The notes: generated by a model from the letters alone, not told the origin. Positions 18,092 through 29,199 are shown, counted from the first letter of the stretch. The stretch: DNA of 64,000 bases from Candidatus Bathyarchaeota archaeon (GCA_963733095.1 CAVTBV010000012.1:64001-128000); one strand, 5' to 3'. Translations and numbers: made by a program.

Positions 18092-19531
18092 CTAAAACAA
18101 CGATTTGACTTTATCCAACACACCCGACATTGCCATATGCCAGTAAGTGCGTCGCTTCATAGGATTGCCCGAGAAAAACCCGCCCAATCGCCTGCTCCAT
18201 GAACCGTAGAAATCGCGGTAGCAGCCATAAAGCTCCTCTTGGACCTGGTGGGTGGAAAGAGTTTCGGTTGGCATGATGGCATGAATCATGTCGTAGTGGT
18301 TCCAATTACGATCTTCGATCCATCCGTTGCGTTCAGCTTCGGCGTAAACTTCGGTGCCTGGGAAAGGTGTTAAGATTCCGAACATGATGAAATCGGGGTC
18401 TAAGTCGTTGACGAACTCTCTGAGTTGACGGACGGATTGGTAGGTTTCTTTGCGGTTGCCGATGATGACCATAGCGTGGGCGAAGATTCCGTTGTTACGC
18501 AACAACTTCACCGCAGTCTTTGCATCCTGAGGAGTAATGCCTTTCTTAAAGTAATCAAGCGTGTTAGGATCCGAATTCTCCACCCCAAGCAGCACCCAGC
18601 TTAACCCTGACTTAGCCAACCTTGGCAGGACGTCTTTGTTTCGGTTAATGTCGTCACAGCGTGCCTGAACAAACCATGTCACGTCAGGAACCTTTTTCGC
18701 GATGATTTCTTCTGCGATTTCTTCGGGGCGCTGTCCAGTTCCAAAATTGTCGTCGGTTAACCAAATCATCTCACTTCCAAACTCCCGATTACAATACGCC
18801 ATCTCGTCTGCAACACGCTTCGCCGATTTAAGACGCCAGCACCCTTGCCAGTGACGCCACTGAGTACAGAAGGTACATTGGTGATTACATCCGCGTGCTC
18901 CTTCGATGAGAGCGTACGGCGCCCGTTTGCCAGCCATCACAGAGAAGTGGTATTTGAGCATGTTGTCTTTGACTAGGTGGTAGCCTGGAAACGGCAAATC
19001 ATCCAGGTTTGCAATCAAAGCCCTCGAAGGATTATGCACAACCTCTCCCCCGTTCCTAAAAGAGATGCCAGCAACGTTTTCCAACCTTTCGCCCTGTTGG
19101 CACGCACCCACCAATTCCGCTAAAGTTTGTTCTCCCTCATTGCGGATAATAACATCGATTTCAGGGTGAAGTTGGAGGCTGTCTTGGGCTGTTGCAGTGA
19201 AGTGCTGTCCACCTGTTACCGTGAGGGTTTTTGGAGCCATGCGTTTAGCGGTTTCAAGAGTCTTTGCGACAGCGTAAGTGTTGCATGTAGCCAGAGAAGC
19301 ACAGGCCACAATATCGGGGTTCGAATCAGCCATATGTTCCTCCATTTTCTTCCAATCAACTTTCTCCGCGTTGCAATCCAGAATCTCCAGTTGGACATTG
19401 TTGTTTTCTCTTTCCAGATAGGCGGCGAGTTGGATGATACCATAGGGCGGCGGCAAGTATTCGCCCATGACAAACCATATGTCTTTAGGCGGCTCGACGA
19501 ACATGACTTTCAAGTGCTGTTCCCTATCCAC
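18092..19531 (-). CDS. Cobalamin-binding radical SAM protein
   Basis: PPYG..QLAAYL, GGQH.T B12-binding domain; RGCNHQCTFC (CxxxCxxC); DDNF; TPFPGT. Confidence 0.92.
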   Translation of the reverse strand: MDREQHLKVMFVEPPKDIWFVMGEYLPPPYGIIQLAAYLERENNNVQLEILDCNAEKVDWKKMEEHMADSNPDIVACASLATCNTYAVAKTLETAKRMAPKTLTVTGGQHFTATAQDSLQLHPEIDVIIRNEGEQTLAELVGACQQGERLENVAGISFRNGGEVVHNPSRALIANLDDLPFPGYHLVKDNMLKYHFSVMAGKRAPYALIEGARGCNHQCTFCTQWRHWQGCWRLKSAKRVADEMAYCNREFGSEMIWLTDDNFGTGQRPEEIAEEIIAKKVPDVTWFVQARCDDINRNKDVLPRLAKSGLSWVLLGVENSDPNTLDYFKKGITPQDAKTAVKLLRNNGIFAHAMVIIGNRKETYQSVRQLREFVNDLDPDFIMFGILTPFPGTEVYAEAERNGWIEDRNWNHYDMIHAIMPTETLSTHQVQEELYGCYRDFYGSWSRRLGGFFSGNPMKRRTYWHMAMSGVLDKVKSLF

Positions 19532-19910
19532 TGATTAGTGGATTGTGCTTATTAGATTGCCCGTAGATTCTTGGAAACTTAAATTTCGCTCAGGTTCAAA
19601 TCCCGCAGCCTATACCTCGCCCTTTTCGTTTATGTTAAATTGATAGGTAGAGGGTGAGGGGAGCGGCCAAAACAAGTATTATTATTGTGAGAAGAAATGT
19701 GGGGTATTCCGGCACAACGTTATCTGGCCGCTGTCGGCTATGTTTGCCATATTAACCGCTATATTGTGGATACTACGGGTGTAAATGAAACTTAAAACCC
19801 AAAAGTCATCCACGATTATGTAAAATTCATTGGAGCCCCATATAGAAGAAGTTAAGCCTGAAATGTTTGCCAATAGTCCTTTCGAAATGTAAATATCGGC
19901 GTATCCAGGG

Positions 19911-20186
19911 GTGCCATGTGTTCCGGAGTTTAAGTGGGTTGCAAGAGCTGGACCAGTTTTGGTCTTAAGTCTTGGAAAGCGGAAGCTTGGCTTGACATTT
20001 TTCTGTCATCGAAGACCCGAAAGATGCTTCACCGTTCTGGATCACATTGCACCCTTATTTTCAAGGTGCATTGGTATGTTGATGGGGTTTTTTGGATTAA
20101 TCTTTGCTGTTGCCCTTTCTGGGACATATTCCATTGTTTGCAACTGCATTCAAAGCCATGTAGTGCCCACTATCTTGGTTTTATAA
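19911..20186 (+). pseudogene. DUF2085-like membrane protein remnant
   Basis: FFCHRRPERCF....PLFSRCIG matches the CH..PERSF...PLCARC.G motif but is degenerate and truncated. Confidence 0.55.
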
Positions 20187-20256
20187 CTAGCAAATTTCTA
20201 ATACGAGCGAAGACCAATAAAATTACTAAAGAGGCAAGAACATAAGATGAACCCTG

Positions 20257-20629
20257 TTGGTTTGTAGACCCTTTCATTTTGATTGGGGACCCAAAGGAAA
20301 CTACAGTTGGACCCCATTATACTTCAACTTTGATGGAACCTTCGCCTTCTTAGCAGGCGCAAACGAAGGGACATGGGCTCAGGTTGATGACATAATAATC
20401 TGGAGATTCAAACGGCAACCAGATACCGAAAACAATACAGTCTATTCAGGAAGCTGCACAAGAAATTTTTATGTCTGGACTGATGTTGTCGTTTAACGGA
20501 GAAAAAGGACACTGGCACGCGGTGAAAAAAGGCACTAAATTGTTTACCCTCAAGGAAAAAGAAAAACTACCCTACTTGATTGAAAAAGAAAGTAAACCAA
20601 CGCTCGACCCGTTAGGGAAGAGAGAATAG
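20257..20629 (+). pseudogene. Frameshifted hypothetical protein
   Basis: ORF 20257-20496 appears to continue in another frame at the T-run near 20466 (MSGLMLSFNGEKGHWHAVKK... to TAG 20627-20629). Confidence 0.55.
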
Positions 20630-21167
20630 TAGCCAGGTCCTCTACAAATATTTTTATCCCTGCAATCGGCGGAACAAAAAGACTGAACAAATTGAGAAGA
20701 ACTATAATTTTCCAGTGATTGCACCAAAAGCTCTCACGAATTGCCAGCCACGGGATTACCAGCTTAGCTTTGGGGAAGGAGAACTCTTTGACATCTCCAA
20801 ATTGCCCAATAATGTTAATACTCTCAACAGCGACATAAAGTGAAGAAGTTGCGAAATCCCAAGGAAAAACCTTTGTTGACCAACTACAATCACAAAAGGC
20901 AAACGAAAAATTCCAAATGATTCAGTCGATACACACTGATTCATATGTCGGCGACGTAGAGTTACTTAACGTTCCATGTGGTTCTCCAAATATGACCATA
21001 AAGGCAACAAAATTGTGTTGGTCCTCGATGCTAACTCGGGCAGAGTAATCAACAGCCTCGGCTTATAAGAGATTATAGTTTCGTCGGCACCCTTAGTTTC
21101 TACTTTTGTTGTTTCTAACTAACATAAAAACTTGGGGTAAAAATAAACTATTGTTGATGGAGCTATC

Positions 21168-21401
21168 TTATTGCACAGCTTCAACTTTTGTTATTTCAGG
21201 CACGTTTTTTTTGATGACGGCTTCAACACCATTTTTAAGCGTCATCGCTGACATGGGACAACCTGCGCAATGTCCGACTAATCGAACTTTGACAGTTGAT
21301 TGTTCAACTGCGACAAGTTCCACGTCTCCACCATCAAGTTGAATTTGTGGTCTTATTTCGTCAAGTGCTGCTTGTACTCTTTTTTGGATTGATTCAGTCA
21401 T
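21168..21401 (-). CDS. NifU C-terminal/NfuA-like Fe-S carrier
   Basis: IRP.IQLDGGDVELV...VRLVGHCAGCPMS.MTLKNGVE. Confidence 0.93.
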   Translation of the reverse strand: MTESIQKRVQAALDEIRPQIQLDGGDVELVAVEQSTVKVRLVGHCAGCPMSAMTLKNGVEAVIKKNVPEITKVEAVQ

Positions 21402-21469
21402 GTAACTTCACTTGTGCATCTTTGAAAAGAATAAATGATTATAAAAGATTCCTGTTTCTTAGGGCACGA

Positions 21470-21652
21470 TTATTCTTTTGCCTTAGGAAGAACTTTTGTG
21501 GCCCATTCTGTTCGAGTGTTGTAGATTTCGCGTAGTTTCGGAGTGGATGTCGAGGTTAACTTTACTTTTGCGAGCATTCGGCTTTTGGATTTGCTGATGG
21601 CGCTGTTACGCTTTGGCTTGTTCCTATTAATCTTATAATTTTCTGGGTTCAT
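21470..21652 (-). CDS. Small basic hypothetical protein
   Basis: 60-aa ORF, no known motif. Confidence 0.35.
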   Translation of the reverse strand: MNPENYKINRNKPKRNSAISKSKSRMLAKVKLTSTSTPKLREIYNTRTEWATKVLPKAKE

Positions 21653-21804
21653 AACTATCCGCGCTATTCAAACTTATATCTAGCATATAGAAGTTGCCCC
21701 GTTTTTACTCAAAGAGTTAAATCCCAATAAAATCTGTGAAAACCTGCGGAAGACTTAAGCAACAACGCCTGTATTAAACATGAAAAATAGGCGCGGTTTA
21801 GGGT

Positions 21805-22044
21805 ATGGTTCATAGAAGAGTACGAGGCGGAAAATTTAAAATCAAACATGTTGAGAAGCTGCCCCCCGTCGAGTTGGGAGACGAATTAGACGTAAACATC
21901 AACGGTTTATGCCCAAACGGGGATGGCATGTCTAACATTCGAGGCTACGTTATACAGGTTCCAAAAGCTAAGCCCCGGGACCGCGTAAAAGTCAAGATTA
22001 TCCAAGTAGACAAAAAGGCAGCGGTCGGCGAAATAATCGAATAA
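21805..22044 (+). CDS. Single TRAM-domain protein (archaeal RNA chaperone type)
   Basis: PPVELGDELDV.I....NGDG...IRGYVI.VP.AKP.DRVKVKI. Confidence 0.9.
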   Translation: MVHRRVRGGKFKIKHVEKLPPVELGDELDVNINGLCPNGDGMSNIRGYVIQVPKAKPRDRVKVKIIQVDKKAAVGEIIE

Positions 22045-22083
22045 CTTACCTGCAAGCATTTACAGACTTTAGTCACATACTAT

Positions 22084-22611
22084 TCAATGGTGATTATGCC
22101 TTTCATTGACCTCTATATGCTCAATGGCTAAAACTGCGCCAATTACCACCCGATGGTCAACTGCACCAGTTATTGAAATGCCGATTTGATCTCTCAATGA
22201 AACCCACTTTTTATGCACCGAAGCAACCAGTGCACCCTCGACTTCTATTCGATAATCATGCTCGGTGAAATCTCCATATATGCGCATGAATTCAACTCCG
22301 TTCTTTTCTACCCAAAATTCTTCGCCGATCAACTTTGCAATCTTCCTTCTGATTGTGCCAAGCTCAACGCCCTGATTATCAAAGATTGAGAATTCATTTC
22401 TGAGTGGCACCATTTTTCCCTGAAGACGCATCAACTCAAAGCCATGGTTATCGGTTACGACGAATTTGGGAGGAACCTGAATAAAGTTGCCTTCAGCCGA
22501 ACCCAATTGGGCACCTTTTAAGTCTTCAAAGTCATAGTGCTCGCGCACAGAGAGGATTTTCTTTTTAATCACAAAATCGGTAATTTCAAACATGAAACTT
22601 TGGTCGCTCAT
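22084..22611 (-). CDS. LURP-one-related/scramblase (Tubby C-like) protein
   Basis: IKKKILSVREHY, GDFTEHDY.I, VASVHKKWVSLRD. Confidence 0.85.
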   Translation of the reverse strand: MSDQSFMFEITDFVIKKKILSVREHYDFEDLKGAQLGSAEGNFIQVPPKFVVTDNHGFELMRLQGKMVPLRNEFSIFDNQGVELGTIRRKIAKLIGEEFWVEKNGVEFMRIYGDFTEHDYRIEVEGALVASVHKKWVSLRDQIGISITGAVDHRVVIGAVLAIEHIEVNERHNHH

Positions 22612-22661
22612 TTTCTGTCAAGAAGTATGAGGAGCCTTTAGCTAATATCTTTTCAGAAAAG

Positions 22662-23057
22662 TCAAATCTCATCAGCTGCAAGATTTTCGATATTTCTATT
22701 CTTTAGGTTGCTGTCAATTATGCTAAGGAGTCTGTCTGGTGGGATGGGTTTTCCCAAAAGGGCATCCGCACCTTCGATGCTGTTTTGCGATAGCAACTTG
22801 CCAGTGAGCATTATCTTCAACGTGTTAGGTGAAGTGTTGTCTATCAATGGAAAAAGGTCAGTACCTTCCATGTCGGGGAGGCATAAATCGATTAACGCAA
22901 CATCATAGTGATTGCTGCTTATTTTTTCTATGGCTTCGATGCCCTTCTCTGCTACCGTGACAGCGTAGCCGTTCCTTTGGAATATTCGGCTCAGAGTTCG
23001 CAGAATGGCGGTGTCGTCGTCGATTATAAGAATAGATGGCTGGCTATTATTAAACAA
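22662..23057 (-). CDS. Single-domain response regulator (REC)
   Basis: IIDDD, LIDLCLPDMEG, MLTG, KP; paralog of 4930-5301. Confidence 0.9.
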   Translation of the reverse strand: MFNNSQPSILIIDDDTAILRTLSRIFQRNGYAVTVAEKGIEAIEKISSNHYDVALIDLCLPDMEGTDLFPLIDNTSPNTLKIMLTGKLLSQNSIEGADALLGKPIPPDRLLSIIDSNLKNRNIENLAADEI

Positions 23058-23209
23058 GCAGTAAAACCTTCTAAGACATAATTGTGTTATGTTTTATTTA
23101 TAACTTTACAAAGAGCTAAATGCTTGTTCTGATAGGTTGCCATGTTAGCGATTGTTGCAACTTATATTTTAAAAGAAAAATCGAGGATTTTGTTGACTTA
23201 TCCAACTTT

Positions 23210-23808
23210 TCAAACTGTTTTTATAGAGTCTACTGGATGATTAGGAAGTGCAGTGTCTACATTTATTTTTCTGTGGTAAACCCGTGCAGCGATGCATAAT
23301 CCAGCGACCACTATTGCAAAGTAGAAAGGCCATCCAAAACCTGCTGAGACAGCAACGCTTATGTTTGCTCCATCTGGCGCCATTCCTTGCGGAAGCGAAA
23401 GGGAACCTGAACCTGACATTGGAAAATCGAACCCTGAAAACCGCTGAACCAAATAACTCGTGGAAAACAATCCAATGATAAATATTATAACTGCATAGAG
23501 GGGTTTTTTGTATCCGAAACCAAGCAGTTTTTTGAGTATGATTTGTCGGGTTTCACTGAGTAGATGAGCATTATTATGCCTCCTGAACCCAACGATAATG
23601 CGCTGGCAATATTCAACGCGTAAATCAATGGAATAGTGATTGAATTGCCTAAGAGTGCAAGATTCAAGTTAACAGGGGAAACGTTAACAGATGCAAGCAT
23701 AGGACTCCCAACTGCGAGTTGCCACCACGGAACAAAAAAGGAGACAACAATCAGCACAAGTGTTGAAATCCCAGCAACTAATGCAACGAAGTTAATTTTT
23801 TCCATCAT
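23210..23808 (-). pseudogene. Frameshifted membrane protein
   Basis: ORFs 23485-23808 and 23210-23470 join through the A-run at ~23528-23533 (..SYSKKLLGFGYKKPLYAVIIF..). Confidence 0.65.
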
Positions 23809-23809
23809 C

Positions 23810-24409
23810 TCACCCAGTTACGTTCATGGGAACACTGATTTGGATGGACCCATTTGATCCGATTGTTATGCCGTTTACGTTTATGGATATGTTGGTTAGG
23901 TTAATGTCCATTGATGTGGCGCCTGGGTAGTTGTTTGCTATATATTCTTGAGCCTGCTGGGTCCACTGTCCTGAAAGGGCTAGTTGAACTGTTTGGTCAG
24001 CCTGAACTGTCACGGGACTGTTGAGGTTTATGCTTCCTGCGGGAATATTAGCTTGGGCGATTTCTACGTCTGTGCTAAAACTGTTCAGTGTCAAGTCATA
24101 ATCGACGGGATTGGTGACTTGGAAAATGCCAGTAAACGTGTTCGTTGCCTCGTCGATTTGTACACTTACAAGTTCGGGGGACATTAATCCTCCCAAATCT
24201 TGGTTCGCATTATCGCCATTATCACCATTGTCAGAATGGCCAACATCAGGAATTATGTTACTGTTGCCGTTAATTATATCTTTGATTTGGGGAGGAATTA
24301 CAAGTTGGGTTAAATCGTTGGGGTAAATGACAACTACAGCCCCTATGGGCGCTACAATGGTTCCTACACTGATCAATAATAAGACAATACTTAGTGCCTG
24401 CATCTTCAC
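23810..24409 (-). CDS. Secreted or membrane-anchored beta-rich hypothetical protein (LEA-2-like)
   Basis: N-terminal TM, F.VTNPVDYDLTLNSFS.DV pattern. Confidence 0.65.
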   Translation of the reverse strand: MKMQALSIVLLLISVGTIVAPIGAVVVIYPNDLTQLVIPPQIKDIINGNSNIIPDVGHSDNGDNGDNANQDLGGLMSPELVSVQIDEATNTFTGIFQVTNPVDYDLTLNSFSTDVEIAQANIPAGSINLNSPVTVQADQTVQLALSGQWTQQAQEYIANNYPGATSMDINLTNISINVNGITIGSNGSIQISVPMNVTG

Positions 24410-24557
24410 TATTCACCTATGGAATATTGATCGGATGTCTTGACGCTTAAGTCTTTTGCACCAAGCGTTCAGGGTTTGTTAAACCTGCACCCAATCCATA
24501 GTTAAACCTTAAAAAGGCGGCTAACCGCCGACGAGATAACTTAATTGAGCCTCTGCT

Positions 24558-24800
24558 TCAACATGAACCTTCAGGTTGATTAATCCACACTTTTTCTCTA
24601 CTTTGAACTCTTATCCTAGATTCCGTTTGCATAAGCTTGATTTGGGCTTGAACGACTCGATTGTCAGTCGAGTTGAATTCTTTTTTGATAGCATCTTCTA
24701 ATTTTGGAATGTTGATATGTTCAACGGTGCCCACGATGTTCCAAAAATAAACATGTACGTTTTGCCTCTTCTTCGCCCCAGAGTCTGAGTTTTTAACCAT
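24558..24800 (-). CDS. Hypothetical protein
   Basis: 80-aa ORF directly downstream of the 37-aa Cys-rich ORF. Confidence 0.6.
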   Translation of the reverse strand: MVKNSDSGAKKRQNVHVYFWNIVGTVEHINIPKLEDAIKKEFNSTDNRVVQAQIKLMQTESRIRVQSREKVWINQPEGSC

Positions 24801-24805
24801 AAAAT

Positions 24806-24919
24806 TTACCTTGCACAGTATGGATCTTCATTTTTTTCCTTATGATGCCGCACACATTCCGTACAGTCGCTGTGGCGGGGGCAGTCTCTTTTGGGACAGG
24901 GACAATTTGGAGCTGACAT
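24806..24919 (-). CDS. 37-aa Cys/His-rich microprotein (DUF6485-like)
   Basis: MSAPNCPCPKRDCPRHSDCTECVRHHKEKNEDPYCAR; absent from the ORF track because of size. Confidence 0.7.
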   Translation of the reverse strand: MSAPNCPCPKRDCPRHSDCTECVRHHKEKNEDPYCAR

Positions 24920-25021
24920 AACCAAAGCTAACCCGAACAAACAATATAATTATTGCTAAACTTTATTTGGGAAAGCTATAGAAACATGGCATAGCTAATT
25001 AGTGGCAGAAGAGGATTTGCT

Positions 25022-25828
25022 TTGGCAAACGTATTGGATTCTTTGAGAAAACTAGTTGCATTCATAACCTTCATAGTTATTTTAGCTATAAGCACGGTCG
25101 TGGTCTTCGGGTTATTTGCTGCTGGACCGTTCAACTTGCCAACTTTCATTCGACAGCTAGGCGACGTAATCATAGTTTTCGGGTTCGGGTTAACCGCCCT
25201 TTTCCTGCTAAGCCGTGCAAAACCCCTTTTAGCGCCACACATTGGACTGCAAGCTGCAACGATAAGTCAGTTCTTTTTCATAGCAATTGCCCTTGCTACA
25301 ATGACCTTTGTCACCTTAGGCATATTTGGCGTTCCAATTTCAACGCTCTTAACTGGTGCAGGCATCATTTCAGTCACGGTGGGTTTAATCATATCCACCT
25401 TCGTGGGCAGCATACTATCAGGCACTCTGGTCTTCACCACTTACCAGTTCAAAATAGGCGAAGATGTAATGGTTAATAATGTGCCTGGAAAAATCATCGA
25501 TATGACCGCGCTGGTTATGCGCATAAGAACAGATGTCGGACAAATCACTATTCCAAACAGCGCCATCGCCTCAGGAGGAGTCATAATAACCGCCGTACGC
25601 AAACCCGACGTAAACCAAGAAAATCGTCTTCAATACGTGGTTGGTGACCGAGTAATCACATCTTACAGAAACGAGGAAGGAACTGTAAAAGAAATCACAG
25701 CATTTCACACCACCGTGGTTTTAGATTCGGGGAAAAAGATAACGTTCCTAAACAACAGCGTCCTCTCAGGTGCCGTGGCAATAGCAAAAATAACCCAAAC
25801 CCAACAAACACAGCCCCACCCATTCTAA
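25022..25828 (+). CDS. Small-conductance mechanosensitive channel (MscS) family
   Basis: TMs followed by FKIGEDV.V, ITIPNS; second beta domain VGDRV...TFLNN. Confidence 0.85.
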   Translation: MANVLDSLRKLVAFITFIVILAISTVVVFGLFAAGPFNLPTFIRQLGDVIIVFGFGLTALFLLSRAKPLLAPHIGLQAATISQFFFIAIALATMTFVTLGIFGVPISTLLTGAGIISVTVGLIISTFVGSILSGTLVFTTYQFKIGEDVMVNNVPGKIIDMTALVMRIRTDVGQITIPNSAIASGGVIITAVRKPDVNQENRLQYVVGDRVITSYRNEEGTVKEITAFHTTVVLDSGKKITFLNNSVLSGAVAIAKITQTQQTQPHPF

Positions 25829-25886
25829 AACCTACTCCAAGCTAATTAGCAACCACAAATTCCCAATACTGAACAGGTAACCAAGT

Positions 25887-26290
25887 ATGCGAACTGCACC
25901 CTTAGCAAGCACAATAATCTCAGTAGGCTTAATTCTCGTTGCATTTCTCTTTGTCCACGGGTTCTTAAGCAGCATAGGCAAAAACCGTTTTCACCCAGTT
26001 ACAATAACACTTGCAATCACATGGGACCTGACAATGTCCATCGGCTGCATGCTGCTCCACACCGCAACCATCGCGTTAACTGCCCTTCTGACAGTCTACT
26101 TTGGAGTCCACGGTGCCATCGCTGTTTTGGTTATGGCTTTGGAGATTTCGGTCCTTCCGTTAGCTTTTGGCAAGTAAGAATCAAATCGCCAAACAAGTGG
26201 CATCGGAAACTAACAAGAATCCTCTTTCCGATATGGTGGTTTGCATTTCTTTCAGGAGAAATGGTTTATCTGCTAATGTACGTGTTCTAA
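25887..26290 (+). pseudogene. Frameshifted DUF420-like membrane protein
   Basis: ORF 25887-26177 continues as ..WQVRIKSPNKWHRKLTRILFPIWWFAFLSGE.. in another frame; His-containing TMs. Confidence 0.55.
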
Positions 26291-26299
26291 AAAAGAAGA

Positions 26300-28300
26300 T
26301 CAAACAAAAAGCGTCAATAGTCTGAAGGCTAAACCCCCAATCAACACTGCAGCCGCAATGTTTGCCAACGATATGGTTGTTGCGGCTTTCCAACCGAATT
26401 CTTTTGCCAAAATAGCCACTGTTGAAACACAGGGTATGTAGAGCATTGCCACCAAAGCCATGATAACTAGTTGTACGGGTGAGAAGTACAGTGCCAAGTT
26501 GGTTGTTCCAAAGATTGCGACGGCGCCGAGGAGCACGAATTCTTTGCGTACCGTGCCCAAGATGAGGAGTACCCCTGCCGCCGAAGGTAAGCCCAGCCAC
26601 CAAACGGTCAATGGCGAGATTGCATTACTGAGGGGCGTCAACACGTTATATACGTACAAAGCTTGAAGCAGTGCGCTACCAACAATGTAGATGGGAAACA
26701 CAATGTAGATGATTGATTTGGTTCTAGCCCATGTCTGCTTCAGCACAACTTTAAGCGAGGGAACCTTGAAGCTGCTCATTTCCATAATCAACCCAGTCGA
26801 TTTGCCAGGAACCACTTTCATAGCGATCCTACCTAAAGCAAAGATTACGGCAACATCAACCACATAGAGCAAAAGTGCCCATTGTATTCCGACAAATAAC
26901 CCGACCATGCCAAAGAGCACGATGGTTCTGGCGGAACAAGGCGCAAAAGTTATAGCGAATGCTGCAAGAAGCCGCTCGCGTCGAGTCTCCATAATTTTGC
27001 AGGCTTGAATCGCTGGGACGTTACACCCGTAACCCAAAATTATCGGAATCAAAGCTTTACCGTGTAAACCCATCTTGTGCATCGCACTATCCATCACGAA
27101 GGCTACTCTGGTGAGGACTCCTGAGTTTTCAACAAAAGCCAACAGCAGGTAAAACGGGATAACGAAGGGTAAAATCAGGGTTAGCCCAGCGTTAAATCCT
27201 CCCCACACACCGTTCAAAACAATCGACAGAATCGGTTGGGATGCAGATAAAGCAGGATCAATTGGTTTGATGACGCTTAATCCACTTGAAATCAAATTAG
27301 AAAGTTCATTCCCTATAAAGAAGGTCCAAAGCAGCAATCCAGCAATTATTCCCACCGATGTAAAGTATCCTAGCACCCTGTGGGTAGTTAACCAGTCGAG
27401 TTTTTCAGAGAAAGTGCTCTTCACTTCAGTTTGCTGGAGTGCAGAAGCGGCAATGGAACTTGCAAGAGCATATCGTTCAGAAGCGATGAGCGAGAAGCAT
27501 ACTTCTTGACATTTACTGGACATTTCTTTTGATATTGTTAGGGCAGAATCGATGATTGTCCTTGACTGGGCAGATACGGCTTTGACGATTTCGGTGTCGC
27601 CTTCAAGCAGTTTTATTGCAAGCCAACGAGGCGGATACTGCAGTGAAAGGTTGGCTTTTTCTATAACCTGTTTTAGTTTTTCGATGCTTTCTTCCACGTC
27701 TCGGCGGTATCTTAGACGTTTGACTTTCGGTTTGGATAGGGCGACGTTTACAGCTTCACCCATGAGTTCATAGATGCCTTCACCTCTCGTTGCCACAACA
27801 AAAACGACGGGCACACCAAGGGCTTGTTGCAACTTTTCCTTGTCAAGTACCATTCCTTTGCCTTTTGCAACATCCACTTGATTTACACATAAAACCAGAG
27901 GAGCCTGCAATTCAAGCAACTGGAGCGTAAAGAACAGGTTTCTTTCCAAAACTGAAGCGTCAACAACGTTTATGACCACGTCGGGTTTTTCAAGAGCGAT
28001 GTAATCTCTTGAAACAAGTTCCTCCATGGAAAACGTTGAAAACGAGTAGATGCCCGGTAAGTCTATAATCTTTATTTCATAGCCTTCATAGCTAAGAGTA
28101 CCCTCTGCGCGATCCACGGTTTTTCCGGGCCAATTACCGATTATCTGGTTTGACCCGGTAAGCTGGTTGAAGATTACGCTTTTGCCTACGTTGGCGTTTC
28201 CTGCAAGCGCAAAAGTTAGTTGATTACAGTTTTTTCCTTTGGATATTTGCCCTTTTGACTTAGCATTAGGATGGCATGACAAATTCTGCAGCCTCCTCAA
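26300..28300 (-). CDS. feoB: Ferrous iron transporter FeoB
   Basis: [23 protein letters not shown] GTPase motifs; [18 protein letters not shown] gate motifs. Confidence 0.97.
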   Translation of the reverse strand: MRRLQNLSCHPNAKSKGQISKGKNCNQLTFALAGNANVGKSVIFNQLTGSNQIIGNWPGKTVDRAEGTLSYEGYEIKIIDLPGIYSFSTFSMEELVSRDYIALEKPDVVINVVDASVLERNLFFTLQLLELQAPLVLCVNQVDVAKGKGMVLDKEKLQQALGVPVVFVVATRGEGIYELMGEAVNVALSKPKVKRLRYRRDVEESIEKLKQVIEKANLSLQYPPRWLAIKLLEGDTEIVKAVSAQSRTIIDSALTISKEMSSKCQEVCFSLIASERYALASSIAASALQQTEVKSTFSEKLDWLTTHRVLGYFTSVGIIAGLLLWTFFIGNELSNLISSGLSVIKPIDPALSASQPILSIVLNGVWGGFNAGLTLILPFVIPFYLLLAFVENSGVLTRVAFVMDSAMHKMGLHGKALIPIILGYGCNVPAIQACKIMETRRERLLAAFAITFAPCSARTIVLFGMVGLFVGIQWALLLYVVDVAVIFALGRIAMKVVPGKSTGLIMEMSSFKVPSLKVVLKQTWARTKSIIYIVFPIYIVGSALLQALYVYNVLTPLSNAISPLTVWWLGLPSAAGVLLILGTVRKEFVLLGAVAIFGTTNLALYFSPVQLVIMALVAMLYIPCVSTVAILAKEFGWKAATTISLANIAAAVLIGGLAFRLLTLFV

Positions 28301-29016
28301 CTCTTGTGTTCAACTTCAACGAAAACTTTGGATGCGATACCTCTGCCCAACGCTAATTTTGATCCTCGCACTGAAATCTCGATAGGTCCCTCAAACGGTG
28401 CTGATTTCAGCAGAGTTATCTTTGTACTAGGTGTTAACCCCATATCTAAAAGCCGCTGGAGCACGTTATGACCGCCTCTAATGAAGGAGATTTTGCCTGA
28501 TTGCCCCCTTTTCAACTCGCTTAATGCAACGAGGTTTTCTTTTCGTTTCCCAACTTCTTCTAAGCCTTGATTGTGAAGTTGGATGCATTCTTCACAGTTA
28601 GAGAAGGGTAAGTTACAGGCGGGGATGGTTTTGCCATCATCAGAACAGATGTCTGGATGCTTTAGTAGGCGGCAGAGGGATTCTTCAGCTTCGTCTGAGA
28701 GGGCGTGCTCAAGCTGGCAAGCTTCCTTGTGAACTTTGTCTTTTCCGATGTGTAAAACGTCGAAGAGGAAGGTTTCGAGTAAGCGGTGTTTTCGGGTTAC
28801 TCTTTGTGCTTCTTGGAGGCCTTTTTCGGTGAGGGCGCTGCCGTGGTAGGGCGAATATTTTACGTAGCCTTCTTCGGATAGTTTTTTGAGCATTTCGGTT
28901 ACGCTGGCGGGTGTTACGTTTAGTTTTTGGGAAATTTCGGTGTTGCTGACTAGATCTCCGTTTCTTGCTATGCTGTAGACGGCTTTGAGGTAGTCTTGGG
29001 TTGATTTTTGCTCCAT
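28297..29016 (-). CDS. DtxR/MntR-family metalloregulator with C-terminal FeoA domain
   Basis: [35 protein letters not shown]; RLLDMGL...[17 protein letters not shown]; ATG 29016 after GGTGA. Confidence 0.93.
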   Translation of the reverse strand: MEQKSTQDYLKAVYSIARNGDLVSNTEISQKLNVTPASVTEMLKKLSEEGYVKYSPYHGSALTEKGLQEAQRVTRKHRLLETFLFDVLHIGKDKVHKEACQLEHALSDEAEESLCRLLKHPDICSDDGKTIPACNLPFSNCEECIQLHNQGLEEVGKRKENLVALSELKRGQSGKISFIRGGHNVLQRLLDMGLTPSTKITLLKSAPFEGPIEISVRGSKLALGRGIASKVFVEVEHKS

Positions 29017-29032
29017 GTTAATCACCCTGTTT

Positions 29033-29088
29033 TTTAGGCACACCTAAATTTGGCTTTCAGAACTAATAAATGTTTAGGCGCACCTAAA
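29033..29088. promoter_or_regulatory. Two DtxR-type operator palindromes flanking the TATA box of the regulator-feoB operon
   Basis: TTTAGGCACACCTAAA (29033-29048) and TTTAGGCGCACCTAAA (29073-29088); minus-strand TTTATTAG between them. Confidence 0.85.
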
Positions 29089-29199
29089 AAATAACATCCA
29101 TCAAACAACACACATTGCCACAAACAAACCCCAACCCGCTTCCAGTAACGGCTAAATACTGCAAAGTCTAATTCCGTTGATACCTAGCGAGGGAAAACA

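Noticed and set aside
19590-19612. GGTTCAAATCCCGC as a tRNA gene or att remnant
   Set aside because: Only a T-loop-like word; no cloverleaf and no extended match to tRNAs in the window
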